Shown: positions 1-12,249, numbered from the whole stretch's first letter. The stretch: 63,232 nt of DNA, filler included, from Stramenopiles sp. TOSAG23-6 (GCA_900128565.1; 31 parts of 31 records of this genome joined end to end with filler, not necessarily neighbours in it); one strand, 5' to 3'. The notes: generated by a model not told the origin, from the sequence alone. Numbers and translations are program-made.

Positions 1-91
1 ATTTCAAAAAAAAAAACTAAAATTTGTTAGGTACAAAATTTACTATAAAAAAAATTTCAATTTTTTTGTAAAAAAAAAAAATAAAACATAC

Positions 92-1962
92 ATCCCATCT
101 GTAATCCAATAAATCGTGCAAATCATATAAAGTGCAAATACCATCATTTGCTGCTTTTGTTTCGTAACCATTAATGTGAACAAGCCATTTTTTTCGTATT
201 TCTAATTGAATGATTGCTTTTTCAAGCTTATATTTTTCTACTTCAAACATTCGAATATACTGTGAAAAAATATTTTAAAAATTCATTAGACATTTTGTTA
301 GGTATGAAATTTGTATGAAACTTTTATGAAATTCAAAAAAAAAAAAATCAATTGAAACCCTAACCCTAAGGGTAGGCTTATAACTTTGGGTTAGGCTTAC
401 GTAGGGTTTACTATAAAAAACGTACATAGATTGAATGTAAATGTCCTTCCAAAACATTCTCATATCTATCGAAGCATTATAGTCTATGGAATCATCTTTT
501 TGATCTATTTCTGTTTCTCCATTTTTAATTTGCAAAATTTCTATATGTCGAGATTGTAAAGTTTGAAATACCTCCTTTGTAATCTTTGCCTTTATATCTA
601 AAGGTATATCTAAAGGTAATTTGATATCTGCAGATATAACAGGTCCTGCTTTTTCTTCTTTCTCAAAAACATCATATGATTGAAGTATTTCTTTGAGATC
701 ATCAATTTTTTCAGGAATAGGAAAATGAATATCAGGGCAATTTGGGTTTTCTTTCATATCCATAAAAGTCTTTTGGAGAGCTTTCTTCATATCTTCAATG
801 GAATTTATATTAATTGGTTTGAAGAATTTTTTAAAACTTTTTTTAAAACAGTCAACATATGTTTGATTTTCTAAAAGTGCTGCATGTAATGCTCTTTCTG
901 AATTCTTCAAGATATCACCTAACAATGATGCTTCATCTTTTTTTGTAGGAAGTTTCATGAGGGCTAAAATACTTTTCAGTGTGGTCTCATAAAATTTATC
1001 TTCAGCTTTTACAGTTATCCCATTCTTATATTGCTTGCCGTACAATATTTCTAATAAATCATCCCTTTGTTTATCAACCGATTCAATTTCCTTTTGAACT
1101 GTATCCAATGTATCAATTTCAGGATTTATTTGTACCTTTTTTAAGTGAGTATATATTTGGTCATCATTGGGAAACGACAATGCACGAAATCTAGGTATGT
1201 CTACATTTGCTTTTACTTTTTCAAGTTGACGTTTAAGTTTTTCTGTTAAATCTTTTTGCTCAGCCGTCGGCAAGACTACATTACTATTTAGTTTTTGAAT
1301 ATGCATTTTGACTTGTTGTTCAACTTCTGCAATTTCTTTATATCGTTTCATTTTTGCTTTTACTTTTAAAAGTTGACTTGTGAGCTTTTTCTTGGCATCT
1401 CTTTGCTCATCAGTCGGCAAGAGAATTTCGCTGTTTAGTTTTTCTAATTGCATTTTGACTTGTTGTTCAACTTCTGCAATTTGATTAAACTTTGACATAT
1501 CTACATTTGCTTTTACTTTTTCAAGTTGACGTTTAAGTTTTTCAATCAAATCTTTTTGCTCATTGGTCGGCAAACTAATATTATGTTTTAGTTTTTGAAT
1601 ATGCATTTTGACTTGTTGTTCAACTTCTGCAATTTGATTAAACTTTGACATATCTACATTTGCTTTTACTTTTTCAAGTTGACGTTTAAGTTTTTCAATC
1701 AAATCTTTTTGCTCATTGGTCGGCAAACTAATATTATGTTTTAGTTTTTGAATATGCATTTTGACTTGTTGTTCAACTTCTGCAATTTGATTAAACTTTG
1801 ACATATCTACATTTGCTTTTACTTTTTCAAGTTGACGTTTAAGTTTTTCAATCAAATCTTTTTGCTCATTGGTCGGCAAACTAATATTATGTTTTAGTTT
1901 TTGAATATGCATTTTGACTTGTTGTTCAACTTCTGCAATTTGATTAAACTTTGACATATCTA
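92..1962 (-). CDS. Partial coiled-coil protein with 51-aa tandem repeats; exons 426-1962 and 92-254
   Basis: Long ORF. Removing 255-425 (GT..AT) joins ...DIYIQS-I-RMFEVEK in frame. Next donor at 91. Confidence 0.7.
255..425 (-). mobile_element. Introner-like intron, GT..AT
   Basis: Exon ...TCTAT|GTACG ... CATACCTAAC ... TTTTCACAGTATAT|TCGAATG; restores the frame. Confidence 0.8.
1200..1962 (-). repeat. 153-bp coding tandem repeat (about 3.3 perfect plus about 2 degenerate copies)
   Basis: MSKFNQIAEVEQQVKMHIQKLKHNISLPTNEQKDLIEKLKRQLEKVKANVD repeated verbatim. Confidence 0.95.
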
Positions 1963-2062
1963 NNNNNNNNNNNNNNNNNNNNNNNNNNNNNNNNNNNNNN
2001 NNNNNNTTAATTAATTAANNNNNNNNNNNNNNNNNNNNNNNNNNNNNNNNNNNNNNNNNNNN
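1963..2062. other. Artificial contig spacer (44 N + TTAATTAATTAA + 44 N); first of 30 such spacers, roughly every 2 kb
   Basis: Identical 12-mer giving stops in all six frames, centred in 100-nt N blocks; gene content changes abruptly across each spacer. Confidence 0.98.
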
Positions 2063-2165
2063 TTTTTTTTTTTTTTTTTTTTTTTTTGGTTTTCATACGA
2101 AATTTCGTACCTAACAAAAAAAATATTTTTTTAGTAAAAAAAAAAAAATATTTTTTATAATACAT

Positions 2166-2297
2166 GAAGTTGAAAAAGATATTGCGTTGCTGATTCGTAA
2201 AAAAGATAAATTACTATGTGACATTTTAACACTACATGGTGAACTGGAAGAAATGGGTATTGTATACCAAAAACCAAAATATTCCGTTGTGCAGTAG
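2166..2297 (+). CDS. Terminal exon of an unknown gene
   Basis: Follows an intron-family 3' end (AATACAT); open frame EVEKDIALL...VVQ then TAG. Confidence 0.55.
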   Translation, partial: EVEKDIALLIRKKDKLLCDILTLHGELEEMGIVYQKPKYSVVQ

Positions 2298-2430
2298 CTA
2301 AAAATAAAAAAAAAATTGTTTTTTACTAATCATAAATTATATTTTGTTTTTTACTAATCATAACGTATTCATTTGTAATATTTTTTTATAATAATATAGT
2401 TAATATAATATTGTATTCATAAATATATTA

Positions 2431-3075
2431 TCAACAACATTTTTTCTTCTTATTATGACTTGGATTTTGGAGTTTCAATGGTTTTTTTGCGTCTTTATTT
2501 GAAGATAATTGACCATAACGAATTGAAAGTCCAACTAATTCACTAAATGTTTCTGAAATATTTTCACCAGTTAAAGCCGATGTCTCCTTAAATAAAGATG
2601 TATCTCCAAATCTTTTTGAAGTAAACTTTCTTGCCTCAGATATAGACACTTTGCGATTCTCAGGTACTCCACCTTGATCAGATATTACACAGTCTAATTT
2701 GGTGCCTATGACACCAACTATAATATTAGGATTGCCGCACTCTTTTTGAATTTGTGTTTCCCAATATTTCAATTCATCAAATGATTTTCGATTTGTTATA
2801 TCATAGCATATCAAAACACAATCAGCAGATTTATAATAAAGTGGTAGAATTGTGCGATAGACTTCTTGCCCTGCAGTATCCCAAATTTCAGCGGAAACCT
2901 TAATTTGTTTGTCATTTACAACTGTAGAAATTGAAGTTTTGAGAAATGCTACTCCTATTGTTGCTGAGGACCCTTCCTTGAACTCTTGCTTCACAAACCG
3001 GACAACAGCAGATGTTTTTCCTACCCCAGACTCTCCAACAACAACAATCTTTAATTTTTTTATTGGGATATTCAT
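2431..3075 (-). CDS. Rab GTPase (Rab5/21/22-like), intronless
   Basis: GESGVGKT P-loop, TIGVAF effector region, WDTAGQE, TKLD, ETSA and C-terminal CC. Confidence 0.95.
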   Translation of the reverse strand: MNIPIKKLKIVVVGESGVGKTSAVVRFVKQEFKEGSSATIGVAFLKTSISTVVNDKQIKVSAEIWDTAGQEVYRTILPLYYKSADCVLICYDITNRKSFDELKYWETQIQKECGNPNIIVGVIGTKLDCVISDQGGVPENRKVSISEARKFTSKRFGDTSLFKETSALTGENISETFSELVGLSIRYGQLSSNKDAKKPLKLQNPSHNKKKKCC

Positions 3076-3290
3076 AATGGGTACCGCAGTAAACACAATT
3101 TGAAAGTAGTAAACAGTAAACACACAGAGAAGAGAAAGAAAGAAGAAGTCTTCTTGCTTTTAAAAAAAATTTAAATGTTTGATTTTTCGTTTTTTTTAGG
3201 ATTATACTATTTCATAAAATTGAGATTAATCTTTATTCTTTTCCCCCGTTGAAAAGCGATAAACAAATGAATAGATAAACAAACAACTAC

Positions 3291-3924
3291 ATGTATCGTC
3301 GATTGTCCCTTAGTGGCGCAGGATGGTTATCACCATGGCACATTGGAGTTTTGTCTGGTCTTAGAACTTGTGACATATACAATCCTTTGAAGAATCCAAT
3401 ATATGGCGCTAGTGGGGGTGCTCTTGCAGCTGTGGGGATTGCTTGTGGAATAAAAGAGTACATTCTGTTAGATAATGTTAAAGAAATGGCAGAAACCTGT
3501 CGAGTTTTAAATGTTTTCCCTCATTCTGGTCTCCTGGAAAAAGCTTTGAATAAAACATTACCAGACAATGCTGCTGAAATTTGTAACCAGAGTAGTGTTC
3601 ACATAGCTATAACTCGTGTGTGGCCAACACCACATTTTTCACCTATACTAGTATCCAATTTTAAAAACAAACAGGAACTTATTTCTGCACTTGTAGCTTC
3701 GTGCTTTTTATCTTTTAACATCTTTGCTGTAGGTTTTTAGATGCTGCATTTCAAATTTATTTTTTCATACGAAATTTTGTACCTAAAGATCTTTTTCAAC
3801 TTTTTTTTTTAAATACCTAACACATTTCCATTGTAAACAATATATTTTCATTGTTTATGATACAAACCAACCCAATGCTACACTAACCTACAATGGTTAT
3901 AAAAATTGGAAAGCCATTGATGGT
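3291..3924 (+). CDS. Patatin-like phospholipase (PNPLA family), partial and intron-containing
   Basis: LSLSGAG..HIGV, GASGG nucleophile elbow, ASCF, then a downstream exon ending WKAIDG (DGG motif) at a donor. Confidence 0.85.
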
Positions 3925-4121
3925 GTATGCTATTTTTTTTTTCAAATTCTATTTTTTTTTTTTTGGTTTCGTACGAAATTTTGTACCTAACGTTTTTTTT
4001 TTCAAATATTTTTCCAAAATANNNNNNNNNNNNNNNNNNNNNNNNNNNNNNNNNNNNNNNNNNNNTTAATTAATTAANNNNNNNNNNNNNNNNNNNNNNN
4101 NNNNNNNNNNNNNNNNNNNNN

Positions 4122-5530
4122 ACCCAAAAAAAATACTACCAAAAATCAAACCAAATAAAGGGTATCCCATATTCTTAGGTAAGTCATGCACCATTTTAAT
4201 TGATTCTTTGTACGCATTTGTTCGGTTAATAAAAGTTAACATTATTAGCCTAATTGAATAAAAAGCTGTGAAAAATGCAGAAATAGTACCTAGTCAGTGC
4301 GCAAAATGCCCTTTGATTGTAAAACTTCCGTAAGCTAGCTCAAGTATTGCATCTTTAGAATAGAATCCTGTAAGAAAAGGGAAACCCATTAAAGATAAAG
4401 AACCTGTAAACATCATAGTTACGCATATCTTGTTCATCTGCTAATGCATGTATAACAGAACCAGCAGTTAAAAATAGTAAGGCTTTAAACCAAGCGTGGT
4501 TTGCAAGGTGAAAAACACTAACATTATAGTTAGAAATCCCACAAGCAAAAACCATATAACCTAATTGGCTACAAGTTGAATATGCAATAACTCTCTTAAG
4601 GTCATTTTGTACAAGTGCGGTTGTAGCTGCAAAAAAAGCAGTCATAGCACCTATACAAGTAATTACAATCAAAGCTACCGGAGCATATTCTAGTAGAGGT
4701 GAGCACCTTACTAATAAAAAAACTCCTGCAGTTACCATAGTTGCTGCATGGATTAAAGCAGAAACAGGTGTGGGCCCTTCCATAGCATCAGGTAATCAAG
4801 TATGTAAACCTAGTTGAGCAGATTTACCAACAGCCCCTACAAATAAGCAAAGGCAAATTATTGTTAATGAATTAAAGCTTAAATTTAAAAACGTAAATGT
4901 TGTATCTAAATTCATGCTATAATAAGGTATTAAAGCAAATAAAGTAGCATAGTTTACGGTTTTAAAATAATAAAAAATTAAAAGAATTCCTAGCACTAGT
5001 CCAACGTCTCCTACACGGTTTACAATTACAGCTTTAATTGCTGCTTTATTTGCTTGTAACCGGGTGTGTCAAAAATTAATTAAAAGGTAAGAACATAGCC
5101 CTACACCTTCTCATCCGACAAACATCTGAATTAAGTTGTCAGCTGTTACTAAAATTAGCATAAAAAATGTAAATAAAGATAAATATGCCATAAATCTTGG
5201 TATATGGGGGTCTGCACTCATATAACCTGTTGAGTAAGCGTGTACAGTGGTTGAAACACCTGTCACTACAACAAGCATTGTAACTGTCAAGCTATCAAAA
5301 ACCAGCCCTCAAGAAAAATCCATCATTTCGTTATTTATTCAAGTAAAAGTTTTAAAATAACAAGGTGTGCTGCATAAAGCAACTTCATAAAATGCTATTA
5401 ATGAAAATAAAAAACTCGTAAAAACACCAATAGTTGTTATATTTGTAGCACCTTGTACTCCAATAAAGCGACCACCGAAGCCAGCCATTATAGAACCTAT
5501 TAAAGGTAATAAAATTATTAAAATATACAT
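4122..5530 (-). CDS. nad5: Mitochondrial NADH dehydrogenase subunit 5, 3' truncated, TGA=Trp, with an internal deletion/frameshift near 4420
   Basis: HT(TGA)[54 protein letters not shown]; in-frame TGA at conserved Trp positions. Confidence 0.97.
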
Positions 5531-5605
5531 TTATATCTTTTTTAATATGAAAAATTTTTACATTTTTCTACTCAAGTGGTTTTTGTTAATATTTATTAGA
5601 TAAAA

Positions 5606-6079
5606 CTAAATACGCCGGTATTTTTTACCTCGACAACCATTATGTGGTAATTTACTTAGATCAATTATAGCCCCACATTTTTTCTTTAATCTTTCAATTT
5701 TATAAAATTTTTTGAAAAAAAATTGTCTATGAATTCCGAAACCGTTTACGTATAAAANNNNNNNNNNNNNNNNNNNNNTTTACTTCTTTAGTTTTAAAAA
5801 AATTTATGATAAGTTTTCTAGCAGAGAAAGCATTTTTTCTATCATGTTTTTTAAATCCAAAATTACCTGTTGTAAGGGTAAAAATAGGTTCTCAATTTTT
5901 TTTTAAAAAACTTATACGTATATTTTTTAATCTAAAATCTAAATAAATAATATTAGTATAGTTTAAAGGTTCTGTATTTTTAAAATCATATAATGAAAAA
6001 AAATAATTATGATTTTGTATATTTTTGATTTTATTATTATTTTTAATTTTTAAATATTTTTTTAAATCAAGATTACTCA
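5606..6079 (-). CDS. rps11: Mitochondrial ribosomal protein S11, partial
   Basis: Manual translation gives GFKKHDRKNAFSA ... IIDLSKLPHNGCRGKKYRRI*; start not located. Confidence 0.85.
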
Positions 6080-6256
6080 NNNNNNNNNNNNNNNNNNNNN
6101 NNNNNNNNNNNNNNNNNNNNNNNTTAATTAATTAANNNNNNNNNNNNNNNNNNNNNNNNNNNNNNNNNNNNNNNNNNNNAACTGTTTTTCCAAAATATTT
6201 TTTTATAGGAAATTTTGTACGTAAAATTTTTTTTTTTTTTTTCTCCAAAACCCAAA

Positions 6257-6288
<32 letters not shown>

Positions 6289-6298
6289 CACAATGTAG

Positions 6299-7358
6299 TA
6301 TCAAATAAAGAAAAACCCTACAACATCTACAACATCTACAACATCTACAACATCTACAACATCTTCAAATGCTTTACTAAACGAACGAGAATGGATCAAA
6401 ACTGCAATCTCTTCAAACGATGCAGTCGGTACAAAAGTAGGTACAAACATTAATTTCATTGAGAATGCAGCACAAAATACAAAGCATACAAACATTAATT
6501 TCATTGAGAATGCAGCACAAAATAGTGATTATAAAGATGCGTGGATTTCGTGTTCACAAATACGTAAATTGGTTTTAGTTTGGGACAGTTTGCATGTTCG
6601 AACTCAATGGAGATATAATTTTGAATATGTGTTAAACATATTACCAAAAGATGATTTTACATTTAATGACTTTTTCTCCACAATTCGACTTCTCGCGTCA
6701 CGAAATCAAAGTAATTTTGTCCTTCAGAAGGATTTCGTGCAGTTTTTATTTGACACTCATTTGAATAAAAATCATTCTGGTGTTGCAGACGCGGAAACAT
6801 TTAAATCCTGTTGGTCAATCATTCAATTGCAAATCAATAGGTACTATGTATGTTTTNTTTTTTTTTTTTTTTTAGTAAATATTTTTTTTTTTTTTTTTAC
6901 GGAAATTTTTTTTTCGTAGTAAATTTTGTACCTAAACCTAAAAGATTTTTTTTTTCAAATATTTTTCCAAGATACATGAAGAGGCTACTATATCAAAAAA
7001 CAAATTTATTGGTACAACATCATCATCATCAATGCTGAAAGATCAATCGACACATATGTTTAATTTCTTTTTTTTTTTTTTTTTTCGGTTAAAAAAAAAA
7101 AATCGATTTTTTTTTTTGGTTTTTTTTCGTAAAAAAATTTTGTACCTAACAAATTTTCAAAATTTTTTTGAAATATTTTTCCAACATACACTAAAACAAA
7201 TGACTTTGAACGAACGAGAACGAAAATATTTAAAATTTTTAGTGATTGTTTTTTTTCTTTTTTTTGCTTCTTTAATTTTTTCTTGTTTAATAAATACCAG
7301 GACAGATGCATTCTCCATTTTAAACTCGGATAATAATCTAAATATTGTAAAATTGGAT
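6299..7358 (+). CDS. Unknown multi-exon protein with a transmembrane segment
   Basis: Exons separated by family introns 6848-6977 and 7054-7191; KYLKFLVIVFFLFFASLIFSCLI hydrophobic helix. Confidence 0.55.
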
Positions 7359-7643
7359 GTACGTTTTCAAAATTAATTTTTTTTTTTTTNANTTTTTTTT
7401 TTTCATACGAAATTTTGTACCTAAAAAAAAAAAAAAAAAAAAAATCTTTAATATGTCGTACTGTACATTGATGTCCAAAATGAAATATGCAATGGTTTGA
7501 ATAATGTACATTTACATCGTCACATGTCAAACACAAAGTCTGAAAAAAAAAATGGAAAAAAAAAAACCGACAAAAAAAAGAATTTCGAATTTCGACAAAA
7601 CAAAATTAAATCAAATTGTATTAAAAAAAAAAAAAAAAAAATC

Positions 7644-7946
7644 ATGAAAAGTTTTACTACCGGCTTAAAAGAAGATTCTACATCTTCTACTATAATCAAT
7701 GATACACATCCATCTACGTTTGATGATGAAAATATCAAAAAAAATGTTGAACATTCATCATCAACATCTAACCCTAAGGATAATGTACAAAATGCAAAAA
7801 ATGATAAAAATGATGAGAAAAATACTGCATTGATTGCTGCATCTTTACAATATGTTGTGAAACAAATGGAAACATTAACTGATGCTATTCGAAATATTGA
7901 CGAACGGCTTAAAGTTCAAGAATCTCGTGTAAGTCATTTTTTATGA
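7644..7946 (+). CDS. Fragment resembling the POC1 C-terminal coiled coil
   Basis: SLQYVVKQMETLTDAIRNIDERLKVQESRV resembles the POC1 LEHIVGQLDVLTQTV..LEERL motif (from memory). Confidence 0.4.
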   Translation: MKSFTTGLKEDSTSSTIINDTHPSTFDDENIKKNVEHSSSTSNPKDNVQNAKNDKNDEKNTALIAASLQYVVKQMETLTDAIRNIDERLKVQESRVSHFL

Positions 7947-9057
7947 TGAATTTCAAATTTTTTTTTTTCCGAATTTTTTTTTTTTTGGTTTTCATACGAA
8001 ATTTTGTACCTAACCAAAAAAAAAAAAAAAAAAAAAAAAAATTTTTAAAAAAAAAAATTTTTTTTTTTTTTTTTTTTTTAAAAAATTTTTTTACCAAAAA
8101 AAAAAAAAAACATACATGTTCAATGATGGACCTGATNNNNNNNNNNNNNNNNNNNNNNNNNNNNNNNNNNNNNNNNNNNNTTAATTAATTAANNNNNNNN
8201 NNNNNNNNNNNNNNNNNNNNNNNNNNNNNNNNNNNNGAGGAAAGAACCTAAATACCGATATGGTGGATATGGGACCGTGAAAGCTTAGAAAAGCTTAGAG
8301 TGGATAGACTTTAATTCACAAGAAGTCAAGCCGACGATGACAGAGAGTTGGAGGTGGACATGAGTTCAAACACAAATGTCGACTAAGGCCGGTCCGTGGT
8401 ACCAGCAAGGCAACATCCCGGTGCCATGAGTCGATGATGTATATTACACGGCAGCCGGAATAGGCNNNNNNNNNNNNNNNNNNNNNNNNNNTACCTCCAC
8501 CACTACCTAGAAAAAACAGATCTGAGTTCCTTTTCAATTATAACAAGTAAACGCACGCTTTCTATATACTCCTCTGTGTACGATACTTTGTTCAAATATA
8601 AATTAATATTGATTGAAGCAACTTAAAATTTTAAAATCCCATGTGGATAAATATACCAAGTCATGCTTCAGCTTTTTTTGGAATTATGCAATACACAACT
8701 GAGCTGAAGGAAAAATCTTAAGAATAACGATATCTTAACTATCGTGGCGATAGGGGTAAGTTTTCCTACGTTCATATTACAAATCGCTCTAGCTTTTATT
8801 GCATACAAAATGTGTGTGGCGATTTATTATAGTAAAGGNNNNCAACAAAGTTTCATTCACCACATTATAAGACGTACTGAGAAGGCAGATTTTCCAGAAA
8901 GTAAAAAATACTTTTAATTGCCAATTTTGTAAACGTAAAATATGGATTAGTGTAGTGATTTGTGAATCTTCGTGATTGTAAAGAAAGAAAAAAAGAAGCT
9001 ATTTAAAATTCTGAATTTATTTGCAATTGCAATTCTTTTAAGTAGCCAAAAACTAAC

Positions 9058-10193
9058 TCAAGATCTGTTTTTTCTAGGAAGTGGTGGAGGTAACTGTTTC
9101 CCCTTATTTCCCGATCCTATTTCTACAGCAGTTTCGAGCTCTCCTTTGAATTTTACAGATTTCCTTTTATTTTGCATGTGTAATTCAACATCTGCCTTTC
9201 TCAATGCTTCATGTGTAAATATCAGTAGAGGCGAAATCAAAAATAAAACTATTAGTGAAATTATTGCACCTGATTCAAGTCGAACTCCTTCATTTTTATC
9301 AGCTACTCTTTCAGATACTAAATCATTGTATAATGCTGTAAAGACAATAACAGTTACAAATGTTAATGAGAGACTTGCATATGCATTCCATCTACAAACT
9401 GCTTTACATATTTCTTGGGAAGGTAATTTCATAAACATGATTATGACAGAACACGCTAATATGTTAGACTGTCTTCCAAGGTAATTTAGAATATTAAGTA
9501 GACAACCAACACCACTTGTAATTGCAAGAATTATCATAGATGCACGGCATATTGAAAGTTCTGTTGTACCACGAGCAACTGCCTGTTTGGAGTCAATACA
9601 ACTTTCACCACTAGCACATGCGTTCCATAATCCTAATTTCAAATGTACACCACCAATGACCTCAAGTTCGATCCAAGTTCCTGAATTGAGAATAACTACT
9701 AAAATAAATAATGTAATTTCTAATAATATAGAAGAAATCGCCCATTGACCTTTCCAAAATTGTAAGCTAAATAAAAATTGTCGGAGTTTTGGACCTAATG
9801 AAGAACACTTGCCAAGAAATAGAGATATAACAAGTACAAAACATGCTATTCCAATGAAAGAAATAAAGACTGTAGCAGTAACTCTACTAATATTTTCATT
9901 TCTGTCTGTCTTGCCTAAATCAATCCATGGTCTTGCTGTATCTTTACATTGACCATTTGCCCAACAATATTGATCTTTATTACAATCAGCAGTAGTGTCA
10001 TAGTCATTCAAAGAGCAACGGCATCTTGCATGTAATATTTTGTTACCTATATGAAGACATTTAATAGCAGGTTCACCTTGACCAGGACATACGTATGTAT
10101 CCCAACCCTCATCTAACCCTGTTCCTAAGACAAGATCACTTGCTGATTTTGCCGCACTCCACAAATTACAGTGTTTTGTTGTAGTATGCCATG
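9058..10193 (-). CDS. Multi-pass membrane protein with Cys-rich ectodomain and claudin/PMP22-like W-GLW-C-C motif, 5' truncated
   Basis: TWIELE..LGLWNAC..ESC, several hydrophobic helices, C-terminal PPPLP. Confidence 0.65.
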
Positions 10194-10552
10194 NNNNNNN
10201 NNNNNNNNNNNNNNNNNNNNNNNNNNNNNNNNNNNNNTTAATTAATTAANNNNNNNNNNNNNNNNNNNNNNNNNNNNNNNNNNNNNNNNNNNNAAATCTG
10301 ATCACACGTCACGCGTTTGTCACAAATCTGCTGACCTCCACTACACTGCCCCTCATAATTCACTTACCCATTGTATAGTTATATTATGAAATAAAAGAAA
10401 TAATAAAACTTAAGTCAAGTATATTTTCCGAGAAAACCATTTTTTCATACGAAATTTTGTACCTAACGAAAGTTTCAAACCCTTCGAAATATTTTCTTAA
10501 ACAAACCGCATATGTGTTGTACATTGTTGAAGGAGGTTCCACCGCATTGTCT

Positions 10553-10727
10553 AATCCCCCTTTGCACTTTCATCCTCGAAAGCTCGCAATAGAATCTCAT
10601 GATAGAATGTATTTGTATAGCGCCCACCTGCGGCGCTAAATCCCCCGTTGCACTTTCATCCTCGAAAGTTTTGAATAGAATTTCGCAATGAAATGTATTT
10701 ATATAGCGCCCACTCGCGGCGCTAAAA
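10553..10727. repeat. Two imperfect ~86-bp direct repeats, each ending in a GC-rich hairpin
   Basis: TCCCCC.TTGCACTTTCATCCTCGAAAG ... TAGCGCCCAC..GCGGCGCTAAA occurs twice. Confidence 0.85.
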
Positions 10728-10845
10728 CACTTAGTGGATAACCCACTGGTTGTTGCCCTCACAGGTGCTGCCCCATAACTGTTCCACATCTGACACAGAA
10801 TCCAATACAACAGCTGCACCATAAAGAGTACCCTGCCCCATAGTA

Positions 10846-12249
10846 CTACCTGTACTGATGGTACACATAAGCATTATCTACTGCTTGAATATCATGATCA
10901 TTACCCTCAGATCCTGATACCTTACCATCTGCAGCAGCAATAACATCATCAATACCATCACCTAGAGAAGAAACCACTCGCATTTTCCTGAATCGTAGAT
11001 CCTCCGTATTATGTATTGCATGCAACCGTCGCAAGAATGCTGCGTCGGCATCCTCTTCCACTGGCGCGATGGCTTCAGATGATACTTCTTCCATTGGTGA
11101 TTCCTGTATACTCAGCTTCCTAAGACGACTCGCAGAACGCTCCAAAAATTTGCTACGCTTTTCCCTTTCATCAATTAACTCTTGTCCTATTGGGTGTCGA
11201 AACTTACAGGACCCTCCATAGCTGCAATTACCATCTAAATATGCCCAGCAACACTTCATCTTTTGCTGGTTTTGAGCAGTGGAGTTCTGTCCAGTTACAT
11301 TATTTTCTTTACCAGACTCTTGAGCCAGCTCGCGCTCTTCTACTTCATCAATATCTTTCCTCTTTTCCAATGGACTTATGTTGCTAGAAATACCCAAGAA
11401 CGACGCCAACTGGCCTGCAACTTTCATTACTTCATACGTGGCTTTAAAATCTTTCCTAATGATATCGAGCGTAAGCATTACTACCTGTTCTGGGTCGCTC
11501 AATTTAGATATCGCCATCCAAGTGGCGTCTTTATTGCGAATTAGCCGCTTATATTTGTCACGAAACGCTTCAGGCCGTAATGCATTAGTGATATGATACA
11601 CAATGGTTTTACCATGAAAATTGCATGGAAACTTTTCCATTAATTTAAATACTTGGTCTACAAAATTGGATATTATCCCTTGCCAACTAGCTTTCGATAA
11701 ATCCATTTTTAAATTCTGGAAAGCACTTTCAGCTTGTAACTCCAGATCGTGGTCCACATGCTTTAGGCTGAAATACCGCTTCAGCTGCTTCTGAGACGGA
11801 GAAGTATCCGTCACAATGCCCATTCGATGCTTTTGACCATTTATTAGAACATCAGTTCCCAAATGCTTAGGAGCATTGAAGACTAATACTTTAAAGAAAT
11901 CCGGCGTCATCATTTGCTCAATAGGTACCTCAATAACTTGCAGACCACTTAACCTAGCGGTCGATAGTTCTTGGTAGTATCGCTCCAACTGACGACCGAA
12001 TCGATTCAGGTCGCCGGTTGCTACACTTTTAAGTGAAGGGACTTTACATTGTTCTGCCTTCCCATTCAATATCTGAACAAATGAATGTTCATCTTTCCGC
12101 GCCTCCAGCTTAAATCTCTGTTGGACACCGTTATGTACATGCAACGCATGTCTTCGCAATCCCATTGAGGATTTTACCACCGCATCTTCACCAAAGTCTG
12201 AACCATAACTTATCGATTCATCCTCAACACTCGCATTCTCGGAGTTCTC
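10846..12249 (-). mobile_element. Retrotransposon Gag-like ORF with a CCCH zinc finger; no pol visible
   Basis: Higher GC, intronless. Helical region ending HITNALRPEAFR, then CWAYLDGNCSYGGSCKFRH. Confidence 0.5.

Noticed and set aside
2007-2018. Regularly spaced TTAATTAATTAA as a biological repeat or array
   Set aside because: Always centred in a 100-nt N spacer; it is an artificial six-frame-stop linker.
4796-5341. TGA stops in nad5 as pseudogenisation or nuclear recoding
   Set aside because: They fall at conserved Trp codons (mitochondrial code 4), and nuclear genes here use TGA as stop (for example the Rab).
6850-8188. Many short F/K-rich ORFs with [12 protein letters not shown] or LGTKFR peptides (throughout the window)
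   Set aside because: Translations of the intron core and homopolymers, not a protein family.
8492-8527. Inverted near-copy of the 3' end (PPPLPRKNRS) of the gene at 9058
   Set aside because: Only about 35 nt and next to an N gap; a paralogue cannot be separated from an assembly or amplification chimera.
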